Assembly: GCA_030430915.1 (NCBI GenBank)
Contig: JAUIKH010000002.1
Location: 1-46,921, forward strand
Source of the DNA: a bacterium
Lineage (GTDB): Bacteria; Patescibacteriota; Saccharimonadia; Saccharimonadales; SZUA-47
Direction of reading: 5' to 3'
Length of the DNA: 46,921 nt
Shown here in pieces: positions 38,056 through 46,921 of this stretch. Under the pieces are notes generated by a model. That model was not told the DNA's origin, did no database searches, and worked only from the letters and a program-made list of their open reading frames with translations. The stretch's first letter is position 1. Every line of letters starts with the position of its first letter. The position numbers and the translations under genes were made by a program.

Positions 38056-39135
38056 GTGGGTACAAAACATCAAAACATTATAGAAATTAATGGCAATAAA
38101 TATGATGCGGTATCCGGCAAGCTACTTAATTCATCACCTAAAAGTTCATCTACTCCTAAGAATAAAATAGTTGATGGATTCAGCAAACCTTCCAGCAAAA
38201 AATCTTATGTTAGCCAAAGAAAAACGCCGGTATCCAGTGCTAAAAAACCCGTGCAAAAATCTAAAACCTTAATGAGAAGTGCCGTAAAGAAACCCACTGC
38301 ATCTACAAAACACTCTAAAACAACTCAAGTAGCTTCTATTCGAAAACCTTCTTTAAATACACCGAAACAACGACAGCAAAATGCCAAAAAAACTAAACAG
38401 AGTGAACTGGTTTCCCATTATGGAGAAAATCTAGCCAGAAGTTCAGTGTCAAAACAAGTTAAACCGCTATCTGTTAAACAACAGAGCACGAGCGCTCACG
38501 GTACACATCATAAAGCCAAGCAAAAAAACTCAAGTCAAGCTAAAAACCTAGCACATAAAGGCGGAATATCAGCCGCCTCAGTTATGATCGATAAAGCGCT
38601 TGCAGATGCAAATTCTCATGAAAACAAAACGCACAAAAAAGAGAAAAAACATCACAGAGTAGCTAAAAAACTTGGCATTAGTGCAAAAGCAATGGCTATA
38701 AGCTCAGCTGTGCTGGCAGGAGTTTTATTAGGTGGATTTTATGCAATTCAAAATGTACCAAACCTCTCAATGAGAGTCGCTGCCACTAGAGCCGGATTTA
38801 ACGCTTCTATGCCTGGATATAGCCCGTCGGGATTCAGTTTCTCGGGCCCAATAAACTATAGCCCGGGTCAGGTAACGGTTACTTTTAAATCCAATACTGA
38901 TGATCGAAATTTCAGCCTTAAGCAAACTGCAAGCAACTGGAACAGTGACGCCTTATTATCCAATTTCGTGGCCACAGATAACCAAAAGTATCAAACATAC
39001 CAAGACAGAGGTAGAACCCTGTACATATATGATGGCTCAAATGCCACATGGGTAGACAACGGAATATGGTACCAAATTGAAGGCTCTTCTCAATTGACAA
39101 CAGATCAGCTTGTTCGTATAGCAGCAAGTTTGTAG
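38056..39135 (+). CDS. Membrane protein with Lys/Ser-rich N-terminus and DUF4367-like C-terminal domain
   Basis: Basic low-complexity region, TM, then PGYSPSGF...W...GIWY.I....LT..QLVRIA.SL. Confidence 0.65.
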   Translation: MGTKHQNIIEINGNKYDAVSGKLLNSSPKSSSTPKNKIVDGFSKPSSKKSYVSQRKTPVSSAKKPVQKSKTLMRSAVKKPTASTKHSKTTQVASIRKPSLNTPKQRQQNAKKTKQSELVSHYGENLARSSVSKQVKPLSVKQQSTSAHGTHHKAKQKNSSQAKNLAHKGGISAASVMIDKALADANSHENKTHKKEKKHHRVAKKLGISAKAMAISSAVLAGVLLGGFYAIQNVPNLSMRVAATRAGFNASMPGYSPSGFSFSGPINYSPGQVTVTFKSNTDDRNFSLKQTASNWNSDALLSNFVATDNQKYQTYQDRGRTLYIYDGSNATWVDNGIWYQIEGSSQLTTDQLVRIAASL

Positions 39136-39140
39136 TTTGG

Positions 39141-40823
39141 CTAGCTACTGCTTAGTCTTTTTTTGACTCTTTCAGCTCCCATAATTTGCATTATTGTATA
39201 CAAGTCTGGAGTGCGAGTTTTACCAGTTAAATACACTCTTATAATCTTTGCGAAGTCTGCCAGTCCACCTTTAAAATTTTCAGGGTTGGCTTTTAGATCT
39301 TTTCGATTAAGTGCATATCCGTCTTTTTTTGCTGCTAACTTCATGTTTTCAAACCATGTATCTTTGTCTACATCATGATCATATGTTGATAATAATGACT
39401 TGATTGCCGATATTTGATCCTCGGTTGACACATGTTCGTCTAAGTCACAAATTGCACTTGGCAAGAAGTTAGATTCAAAAATACTGTCATAGAAATATCC
39501 AAATTGGTCAGAAGAGTCAGACCATTTTGACACATCTTTTCTAGGATTTTCTCCTTCGCGCTCTATGCATAAAACTTTTTTTGTATAATCTGAGTCTATC
39601 ATCATTTCTTCATAAAGCGTTTTGTCGTGTATATTTGCCCATTGTAGAACTTCCTTATTAAAGTGACTTTGAGGCATGGAGGCAATTTCGTCTTTTGCAT
39701 AATCTTCCAACTTTTTAATGTCTAGTAACGGCGACCTTGATGTAGAAAGTTTTTTTAGACTGAAAGGGAAGTCCGACAAGTCGGCCTCTGGATTCTGTTT
39801 ATACCAATCTTCAAAGTTTGAATTTGCCAGTCCTAACAAGTATGCCTTTATACTCCTCATTGGATAGGCTGCTTTTATCCAAAAATCTACATCAGCCTCT
39901 GGATCTCTTCTTTTACTTAACTTCCTTTTACCTCCGCCACTTGGGTCTATTATAGAAAGAACTGGTGTGTGTGCGTATTTGAAAGGTTCTATACCTAAAC
40001 TCTGTGCTATCTCTATATGTAAGGGAGTACTCGGCAACCACTCTTCTCCTCTTGTAATTATTGTTGATTTCATTAGAAAATCATCAACAACATGAGCCAA
40101 ATGATATGTAGGCAAGTTTGATCCATCAGATTTAATTAACGGAACGTCTAAATCGTTCTCAGGTAAGCTCATTTTACCTTTTATAGCATCGTTAAATTCA
40201 ATTCTTTTATTGTGATTTCCAATGGATTTAAAACGCAACACAAAACTTTTACCAGAATCTAAGGCTTGAGATGTCTCTTCGTCAGTTCTATCTCTCCAAA
40301 TCGCCCATTCACCATAATATCCAGGCCTGAGTTTTTTAGATATTTGATCCTTTACAGCCGCATCTAGCTCATCTTTTGTAGCAAAACATGGATATGCACG
40401 ATCTCTTTTAATTAAGTCAACGGCGTAAGCTAAATATATATTTTTACGCTCAGACTGGGTATATGGGCCATACTCACCAATTTCTTCTCCGTTAGCCTGT
40501 AAACCCTCGTCTGGTGTTAGGTCAAACGCTGTTAGTTGATTTGCTATTAGCTGTTTTGCACCTTCTACTTCACGCTTTTTATCAGTATCTTCAATCCTAA
40601 GAAAATAAACGCCATCAGACTGTCTAGCTAAATACTGGCAGATTGTGGCAGTAAATATAGCACCTATATGAACAAAACCCGTAGGACTTGGACAAAACCT
40701 CGTTACCTCAGCAGCTTCGCTCAGTGATCTGTCAGGATAAGAATCTTGTATCTTACTCCTTGTAGAAACTAGTTCGTCCTTAACGAGAAGTTTTATTATT
40801 CGGTCTTTTAGCTCATCGCTCAT
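39141..40823 (-). CDS. gltX: Glutamate--tRNA ligase
   Basis: TRFCPSPTG.VHIG, LRIEDTD, PTYHLAHVVDD, RGEEW and KLSKR. Start MSDEL at 40823 follows TACAAT. Confidence 0.93.
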   Translation of the reverse strand: MSDELKDRIIKLLVKDELVSTRSKIQDSYPDRSLSEAAEVTRFCPSPTGFVHIGAIFTATICQYLARQSDGVYFLRIEDTDKKREVEGAKQLIANQLTAFDLTPDEGLQANGEEIGEYGPYTQSERKNIYLAYAVDLIKRDRAYPCFATKDELDAAVKDQISKKLRPGYYGEWAIWRDRTDEETSQALDSGKSFVLRFKSIGNHNKRIEFNDAIKGKMSLPENDLDVPLIKSDGSNLPTYHLAHVVDDFLMKSTIITRGEEWLPSTPLHIEIAQSLGIEPFKYAHTPVLSIIDPSGGGKRKLSKRRDPEADVDFWIKAAYPMRSIKAYLLGLANSNFEDWYKQNPEADLSDFPFSLKKLSTSRSPLLDIKKLEDYAKDEIASMPQSHFNKEVLQWANIHDKTLYEEMMIDSDYTKKVLCIEREGENPRKDVSKWSDSSDQFGYFYDSIFESNFLPSAICDLDEHVSTEDQISAIKSLLSTYDHDVDKDTWFENMKLAAKKDGYALNRKDLKANPENFKGGLADFAKIIRVYLTGKTRTPDLYTIMQIMGAERVKKRLSSS

Positions 40824-40887
40824 ACAAACTGATTGTACCATCCCTGTTGTATTTTACTAAAAACAGGTTTATAGTAATATCAAGATT

Positions 40888-42090
40888 ATGTTTAAAATAA
40901 ATAAACCGAGGAAGGATTATGATGTTAATCCCACGCAAAACAATTTAATAGATAAAAATAAATCTGGTTTTGTTAAATTTAAAGAAAAGTTTCTAGAAAA
41001 ACCTCCAAAAGAAAGACTAATAGTCGTATCTGTTCTATCTATTAGTGTCTTAGTACTCGGGGTGCTTTTACTAAGCCTATATGGCCCTAAAGACCCTGAA
41101 CCAGTCCCAGAGCCACAAATTACAAAAAAGGAACTACCACCGGAGCCAACAACTGTACCATCTAGACTTACAGGTGTACAGATAGAACCGTCTCTTAACG
41201 AAAGAGCTGTGACTGGTGTCATGATTGAAAACAGTATTGATGCGAGGCCACAAGCTGGATTAGAAGAAGCTGATATAGTCTTTGAAGCTATAGCGGAAGG
41301 TGGCATAACTCGGTTTCTAGCCCTTTATCAAGAGTCAAAACCAGGAAAGTTAGGACCAATTCGAAGTGCTAGACCATATTATGTAAGATGGGCCGCAGGA
41401 TTTGATGCAGCCTACGCACACGTGGGGGGCAGTGGAGAAGCATTAGGTTTAATAGGTTCATTAGGACTCAAAGATTTACCTTATGACGGCACACATTTTG
41501 ACAGAGTAAGCTACAGGTATGCTCCCCATAATGTATACACGAGTATGGACAGGCTAGATGCCTTAAAACAGTCTCGAGGCTACCATACAAGTAACTTTAA
41601 AGGGTATGCCTACCTTGAACCATCAGAGGACGCAGACAAAGTAGAAATTGAGTTAGATACCGAAGAGACAGAACAGGTTGATAAAGTTTCAACTACACCT
41701 AAGGCTTCGAACATAAGCTTTAATATTTCTGGGCCTCAATATAACACAAGCTATACATATAACCCAGAATCTAAATCTTATGACAGGATAATGGCCGGAC
41801 AGCCACATACAGATGAAGTTTCCGGCAAGCAGATTAGTCCAACTGCAGTAATTGCCTTGATCACGACTTACGGTTATCACCCGGATGGCGTACATAGTCA
41901 GTATGCAACTATCGGTTCAGGTAGAGCAATAATTTTCCAAAATGGAGAAGTATTTGAGGCGAAGTGGTCTAAGACTGCCGATAAAGAGCCGTTGGTATTC
42001 ACAAATGCCGCTGGCGAACCTTTCGAATTTCAACCAGGACAAAAATGGATTACTGCAATCCCTGAAGGCAGAATAAGCCACAGTCCTTAA
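40888..42090 (+). CDS. DUF3048-like membrane-anchored protein
   Basis: TM; VMIENS..ARPQAGL..AD.V.E..AEGGITR, GPIRSAR and APHNVY motifs. Confidence 0.82.
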   Translation: MFKINKPRKDYDVNPTQNNLIDKNKSGFVKFKEKFLEKPPKERLIVVSVLSISVLVLGVLLLSLYGPKDPEPVPEPQITKKELPPEPTTVPSRLTGVQIEPSLNERAVTGVMIENSIDARPQAGLEEADIVFEAIAEGGITRFLALYQESKPGKLGPIRSARPYYVRWAAGFDAAYAHVGGSGEALGLIGSLGLKDLPYDGTHFDRVSYRYAPHNVYTSMDRLDALKQSRGYHTSNFKGYAYLEPSEDADKVEIELDTEETEQVDKVSTTPKASNISFNISGPQYNTSYTYNPESKSYDRIMAGQPHTDEVSGKQISPTAVIALITTYGYHPDGVHSQYATIGSGRAIIFQNGEVFEAKWSKTADKEPLVFTNAAGEPFEFQPGQKWITAIPEGRISHSP

Positions 42091-42110
42091 GCTAAATCAA
42101 CGGTGGATAA

Positions 42111-43649
42111 ATGGATTATAGTAAGCACTTTTCTAGAAATCTTACACTAATAATATTTATATTTCTTGTCATAGCCGTATTTGGCTCTTATTTTTTATGG
42201 CAATTTTCAGAATACATCCTAGAAGATGATCTGGTTTTGAAAGTATTATGTTGGCTTTTACTTAGCACAATACTGCTGGGTTTAATATCGTCAGTATTAA
42301 CAAAAATTGCTTTCAAACCACTATCTAAGCTGATGGATGTGATTGTATTTACTGGACACAACAGCAGAGAAGGTGCACCTCCTAATTTAGATAAGCTATT
42401 TTTAGGTCGTGAAATGATTACGTCACTAGCTAGACAAGTTTATGATCTATCAAATATGAGCAGTCAAGCATTAGAAAGCAACAAAAACTCAGAAAACCTT
42501 CAAGATTCGGGAAGCTATATAATTGAGCATATTGGCTTACCAATTATTGGTATAGATAATTCACAGAAAGTCGTGTTAGCTAATAAAGCTGCTTCAGAAT
42601 ACCTCAATCAATCTACTGATGATATCTTAGAAAAACCGATTTATGATGTAGTCAAACTATCTTTTTCAAGTGAAGATACATTTGAAAATTGGCTTGCCGC
42701 CTCTCAACAAAACACAGCTGTCAACTCGAGAACATGGGAGCATGTTAAATTAACAGATCAGAAGAACAACCAAACAAGGCAACTGAACCTCATAGCTAAT
42801 TTTAGTAAAGACCCAAAAAATGGTATAGAAACAATCCTTACAATTTATGATAGAACTGAAGAATACTCTAGAAACGATGGCCAAATGGACATAATAACAT
42901 TAGCTGTTCATGAACTTAGAACACCATTAACCATCATGAGGGGCTACATTGAAGTTTTCGAAGAAGAAATCGGCCCTACACTTAACCCAGAAATGACCGG
43001 ATTTATGAGAAAAATGAAGGCGAGCTCTGAACAGCTTACTAGCTTTGTGAGTAATATTCTTAGTGTTGCAAAAATTGAAGAAAATCAATTAATATTAAAA
43101 CTTCAAGAAAATAACTGGTCAAATGTAGTTAAAAAATCAATTGAAGATTTAGAGCTTAGAGCAAGAGTACATAATAAGCATATTGAACTAAATATATCTG
43201 ATGATTTACCAAATGTCGCAGTTGATCAGATTAGCATTCATGAAGTTTTAAATAATCTAGTAGATAATGCAATCAAATACTCCGGTAATTCTAGTCGAAT
43301 TGTACTGACTAGTTTTTTAAACTCTGAAGGAATGATAGAAACTAGCGTCCAGGATTTCGGCATTGGAATACCTCAGGCAGTTATGCCCGACCTGTTTCAG
43401 AAATTCTTTAGAAGTCACACAAGTAAAGGCAAAGTGGGGGGTACAGGACTTGGATTATTCCTCTCTAAATCAATAATAACCGCACACGGTGGCAGTATTT
43501 GGGTTAGAAGTAAAGAAGGCGAAGGTAGTATATTTAGTTTTACAGTACAACCATTTGATAATATCAAACATGAACAAGAAAAAGGTCAAGATGGTATCAT
43601 GAGAGGAGCTCATGGCTGGATAAAAAACCACAACTTAAATAGGCAATAA
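42111..43649 (+). CDS. PAS-domain sensor histidine kinase
   Basis: 2 TM, PAS-like region, HELRTPL, NLVDNAIKY, DFGIGI and GGTGLGL motifs. Confidence 0.93.
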   Translation: MDYSKHFSRNLTLIIFIFLVIAVFGSYFLWQFSEYILEDDLVLKVLCWLLLSTILLGLISSVLTKIAFKPLSKLMDVIVFTGHNSREGAPPNLDKLFLGREMITSLARQVYDLSNMSSQALESNKNSENLQDSGSYIIEHIGLPIIGIDNSQKVVLANKAASEYLNQSTDDILEKPIYDVVKLSFSSEDTFENWLAASQQNTAVNSRTWEHVKLTDQKNNQTRQLNLIANFSKDPKNGIETILTIYDRTEEYSRNDGQMDIITLAVHELRTPLTIMRGYIEVFEEEIGPTLNPEMTGFMRKMKASSEQLTSFVSNILSVAKIEENQLILKLQENNWSNVVKKSIEDLELRARVHNKHIELNISDDLPNVAVDQISIHEVLNNLVDNAIKYSGNSSRIVLTSFLNSEGMIETSVQDFGIGIPQAVMPDLFQKFFRSHTSKGKVGGTGLGLFLSKSIITAHGGSIWVRSKEGEGSIFSFTVQPFDNIKHEQEKGQDGIMRGAHGWIKNHNLNRQ

Positions 43650-43650
43650 A

Positions 43651-44052
43651 ATGGAAGATAAATCCCAAAAGTATCAACAAAACAGTAAATCAATTTTAAT
43701 CGTTGAAGACGAAAGGTTTATTACAGAACTTTACACGAGAGCTCTAGAAAATGCAGGATATTTTGTATCTTCGGTTTACGACGGAGAGCAGGCGCTAAAA
43801 GAGATTAACTCTAACAGCTATGATATTGTCCTATTAGATATTATGTTACCTTCTTTAAGTGGTATAGAGATATTAAAAAAACTTAAAGAAAATTCAGCCA
43901 CAATAAATACAAAGATTGTAATCACTACAAACTTAGACCAGAAAGACGAACAAAAAGAAGCAATTGAGTCATTAGCAGATGGATACCTTATAAAAGCAGA
44001 GGTTACACCAAAAGAATTACTCGCTTATATTAATGAGCTACAAGACCTATAG
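43651..44052 (+). CDS. Single-domain response regulator
   Basis: ILIVEDE, LLDIMLP..SG, ITT and YLIK; no output domain. Confidence 0.92.
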   Translation: MEDKSQKYQQNSKSILIVEDERFITELYTRALENAGYFVSSVYDGEQALKEINSNSYDIVLLDIMLPSLSGIEILKKLKENSATINTKIVITTNLDQKDEQKEAIESLADGYLIKAEVTPKELLAYINELQDL

Positions 44053-44057
44053 CCACA

Positions 44058-44802
44058 CTAACTAGCCCTAGATACGGCTCCATCTAGACTATTTTTAAAG
44101 TCAACAACGTAATCATTGGCAGTTACTTGATTACCTACTACGGGGATAGGTTCCCCATAGCTAATTACTAAATCTTTTGGTATGTAACCGCTGGAGGCGT
44201 TTGAAGAGCCAATTGATATCGGAAGAATCAGTGCCTCTTTCTCTGGTAATACTTGACTTGCCAGCAAAGCAAACCCTGGTTTAATATCTGCAGATTCTCT
44301 TTCCCCTGGGGTGAATATTGCTATACTTCCGTCGTTTTCATTAATATGATTGGCAGATACATCTAGTAGTCCTGCCCGGAAATTCCTTCTAGTGTCTATA
44401 TCGGGAACTTCCTTCTTTCTCAAAGCTACCTGTAATCCAAGAGGACTAGTAATTCTACGATAGACAAAATTATTCATAATCGATAGCTTACCCCATACGC
44501 GAAAGCTGTCTACCCGTTCCATAAAATTATCAATATTTTTCATAGATGTTAAAGCTGCTATAGGATCATGTGTTTCAGTTTTTCCAGGATGATCGTATCC
44601 AATAATTACAGACCTGCCTTCGACTTGCTTCAAAAACTCATCTTTAGTTGATGGATAAACAAAAATCGGATTAGTTTTTTTTAACGGCAACTGATCCTAC
44701 AGCACTGCTGTAACGCTTACGCGGATAGGATTTTTCAAACGTTTCATTATAAAATTCATGTGGATCACGTTCGAGAATTTTTTCTATCGAATAGTGTGTC
44801 AT
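44058..44802 (-). pseudogene. Acyltransferase-like (PlsC-family) gene split by a frameshift at an A8 tract
   Basis: ATG 44802 gives 43 aa ending after the A8 tract (44682-44675). A7 would join it to the downstream ORF, which has H...D, IFTPGER, ILPISI and YGEPI motifs. Confidence 0.55.
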
Positions 44803-44887
44803 TAAATATAGAATTACATATTATTTAATAAACCGCAACCAAAATTCTATCTTATGTACGAAAACCTAGACTACATATTTAAATTGA

Positions 44888-45985
44888 TTAAAATAGGACA
44901 TGAGTTTTTCTATTGGCATAAATTGCTCCAGCCAAAATTACAAATATCCCGTACTCGATGTCAACACTGCTTGTATATAGATGGACGATGGCTACTAAGC
45001 AAGCTGCCACGAAAACGGTAGGGAATATCATACCTCCACGAAAACCCATACTCTTTGACCAAACTATGGCAATAACCTTAACAATCACTAACCACAATAA
45101 CCCAAGGAGTCCGAGACTTGCAGACTGTTCAAACATAGGAATAATTGATTTATTTCCTGTAAATTGAACCAGCGACCCCCCAATTAGGTATATAACGGCA
45201 AGACCGCTTGAAGCCATTAATCCATGCACCCACCACTTACTACTTTTACTGTATTCTTTAGCTCTTTCTGACAAATTAAACAATTCACGCATTGCATAGA
45301 CAACTAATACACCAGCAGCAAAAAGCAACATGTAAATTAATAGATTCATGAAGCTGATAGTGCTTGTGTGTTGTGGTGTTGCAAAATAGGGCTCAGAGGG
45401 TAAATTATTTAATGTAATTAATGTTGCAACTGAAGCTATAAGAGAAAAAGATACAATTACCATATTTAGTTTGACTTTTGGCTGCTGTGAAACTAAATAT
45501 AGCCCTAAAAGTCCTGCAATAATACTGCTAAAAAAGGCAGTGAATAATGCTACGAAACCAACCAGTCCAAGCAGTTTTACAAGCTTCTTGTCTTTTCCAA
45601 AAAATGATTTACCTGCTAACGTACCTACAAGTATACTTGCTGGTATTAAAATAGCCTCTGGACCCAGCGAAGCTCCCGCAACTAAAGAAAAGAACCCAAT
45701 AAACAGAACCCTTAAAAGGTTTAAAACAGTAGGGGAAGGGACGCCACCTAATCCTTCTGACTCCTTTTTCTCCGATGCTCTGTCTAGGAGATGTTGTAGC
45801 GCAAAGAATACTAAACCAATGACTATGGTTAGTGGGACTACTAAAATCCAGTTAGCTTCAATATCAACGAAGTCATACCAGAAGCCATCAATAGCAGCCT
45901 GAACCAAACCTTCGAAAACAAAATATGTTAGTCCGACTCCAACACCAACAAGTAAGCAAGCTATTAATAATTTTAAAAACTTCAT
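44888..45985 (-). CDS. ClC-family chloride channel-like protein (YfeO-like)
   Basis: GASLGPEA and GFRGGMIFP motifs; about 10 TM helices. Confidence 0.82.
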   Translation of the reverse strand: MKFLKLLIACLLVGVGVGLTYFVFEGLVQAAIDGFWYDFVDIEANWILVVPLTIVIGLVFFALQHLLDRASEKKESEGLGGVPSPTVLNLLRVLFIGFFSLVAGASLGPEAILIPASILVGTLAGKSFFGKDKKLVKLLGLVGFVALFTAFFSSIIAGLLGLYLVSQQPKVKLNMVIVSFSLIASVATLITLNNLPSEPYFATPQHTSTISFMNLLIYMLLFAAGVLVVYAMRELFNLSERAKEYSKSSKWWVHGLMASSGLAVIYLIGGSLVQFTGNKSIIPMFEQSASLGLLGLLWLVIVKVIAIVWSKSMGFRGGMIFPTVFVAACLVAIVHLYTSSVDIEYGIFVILAGAIYANRKTHVLF

Positions 45986-46052
45986 TTACAGATATTATAC
46001 ATAGATTCTTGATCAATGTAATAAATGTTAAAGACTTAATTTATTAAGCTAA

Positions 46053-46325
46053 TTATATTCCAAGTATTTGTTTTTTCTTGGCATTAAATTCTTCTTCGGT
46101 AAGTATGCCTTCAGACTTTAATTGACCTAACTTTTCTAGTTGTGCATATGCATCATTTTGTTGAGGCACAGATGCAGACTGCTGATTAGGCTGCTGCGCA
46201 GGAGCTTGAGTCTGCTCATTTTCCTGCCATCTGCGCGCCTGACGTCGACTTACATTGTTTGACACGTGTGTTGCTGTACCTGCAATTACTGCTGTTCTGG
46301 CAACTCCTCTTAATAATCCTGGCAT
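46053..46325 (-). CDS. SHOCT-domain protein
   Basis: ARTAVIAGTA N-terminus; QLEKLGQLK..GILTEEEF.AKK.QIL C-terminus. Confidence 0.85.
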   Translation of the reverse strand: MPGLLRGVARTAVIAGTATHVSNNVSRRQARRWQENEQTQAPAQQPNQQSASVPQQNDAYAQLEKLGQLKSEGILTEEEFNAKKKQILGI

Positions 46326-46326
46326 A

Positions 46327-46743
46327 TTATTTCTCCTTACTTTCTAATTCATTTACAGCGTCTGGGTGAATTCGACCTTCAGACACCAAAACTCCGTTGG
46401 CATTCATTAGAGCCTTTTTAAAGTCTTTTGCCCATAGATGTTCGAAAATCAGTAGACCAGCAGACGTATTGTTTTCAAGTAAATCTCCAACCTCATCTAT
46501 GTCGTCATCACCAATTAAGTCACCTTTAATGCCGTTGCTACTAGCAAAGCTGAGCGATATTTCATCTCCAAGATTTTCAATATCTAAAATAGCTACCTCG
46601 CCTTTTTCGTTTTTTGTTATTACCGCAAGATCAAGAACGTTTATAACTTCGTCTGATATTGACTTCTGCAATGCAGACAATATCTCTCCATTAAATTTAT
46701 TTCCTTCAAACCCTACAACTATATAGTCTACTGGTCCTCTCAT
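46327..46743 (-). CDS. DUF1269/DUF6325-like protein
   Basis: GPVDY.V.GF.G, I.VLDL, EH.WA and GRI pattern; adjacent to the SHOCT gene; AAGGAGG SD. Confidence 0.72.
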   Translation of the reverse strand: MRGPVDYIVVGFEGNKFNGEILSALQKSISDEVINVLDLAVITKNEKGEVAILDIENLGDEISLSFASSNGIKGDLIGDDDIDEVGDLLENNTSAGLLIFEHLWAKDFKKALMNANGVLVSEGRIHPDAVNELESKEK

Positions 46744-46784
46744 TTTTCCTCCTTTTTATAGTCTTATTATATTCTCTTATGTGT

Positions 46785-46815
46785 GTTTAATAAAGCTTAT
46801 AAGCTCTTATTAAAC
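46785..46815. promoter_or_regulatory. 31-bp near-perfect palindrome upstream of the DUF1269-SHOCT operon
   Basis: GTTTAATAA-AGCTTATAAGCT-C-TTATTAAAC. Confidence 0.45.
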
Positions 46816-46921
46816 TAAAAATGAAAAGTGCGTAACAAGTATATATAGTACCTAATAATCTACCTTGGGGTAACTATAATCTAAGATTAAACATAAAAGA
46901 TGCGTAAAAAAGAAGAATTAA

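Noticed and set aside
44888..45985. Fluoride-specific CLC-F with a fluoride riboswitch
   Set aside because: It lacks the GNN/GREGT/GEVTP signatures, and the gene appears leaderless.

Overview
AT-rich bacterial chromosomal segment using genetic code 11 (TGA serves as a stop). By inference it most resembles a Patescibacteria/Saccharibacteria genome: short atpH, type IV pilin, sortase, PEGA/DUF3048-like proteins and many orphan ORFs. It opens with the 3' end of a large serine recombinase whose ORF runs antisense through a tRNA-Gln, the probable edge of an integrated element. The rest is housekeeping genes (queA, msrA, UvrD-nuclease helicase, F1Fo ATP synthase operon, cobO, smpB, pyrH, xth, gltX, tRNA-Leu, a two-component pair) interleaved with stand-alone divergent enzymes. 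Five observations stand out. (1) The atp operon carries four translationally coupled non-ATPase ORFs; one is a 57-aa ORF missing from the ORF track and one is flanked by an 18-bp direct repeat of the atpG 3' junction. The operon also has a leader uORF and a 112-bp palindromic element. (2) A promoter-to-terminator unit without a convincing CDS at ~27.9 kb (candidate sRNA) shares a motif with the structured 5' leader of a LysM-CHAP gene. (3) The promoter layout is pervasively leaderless. (4) An acyltransferase-like gene has an A8 frameshift. (5) No CRISPR array, rRNA or intact transposase was seen. All calls come from motif reading by eye; no database searches were run.
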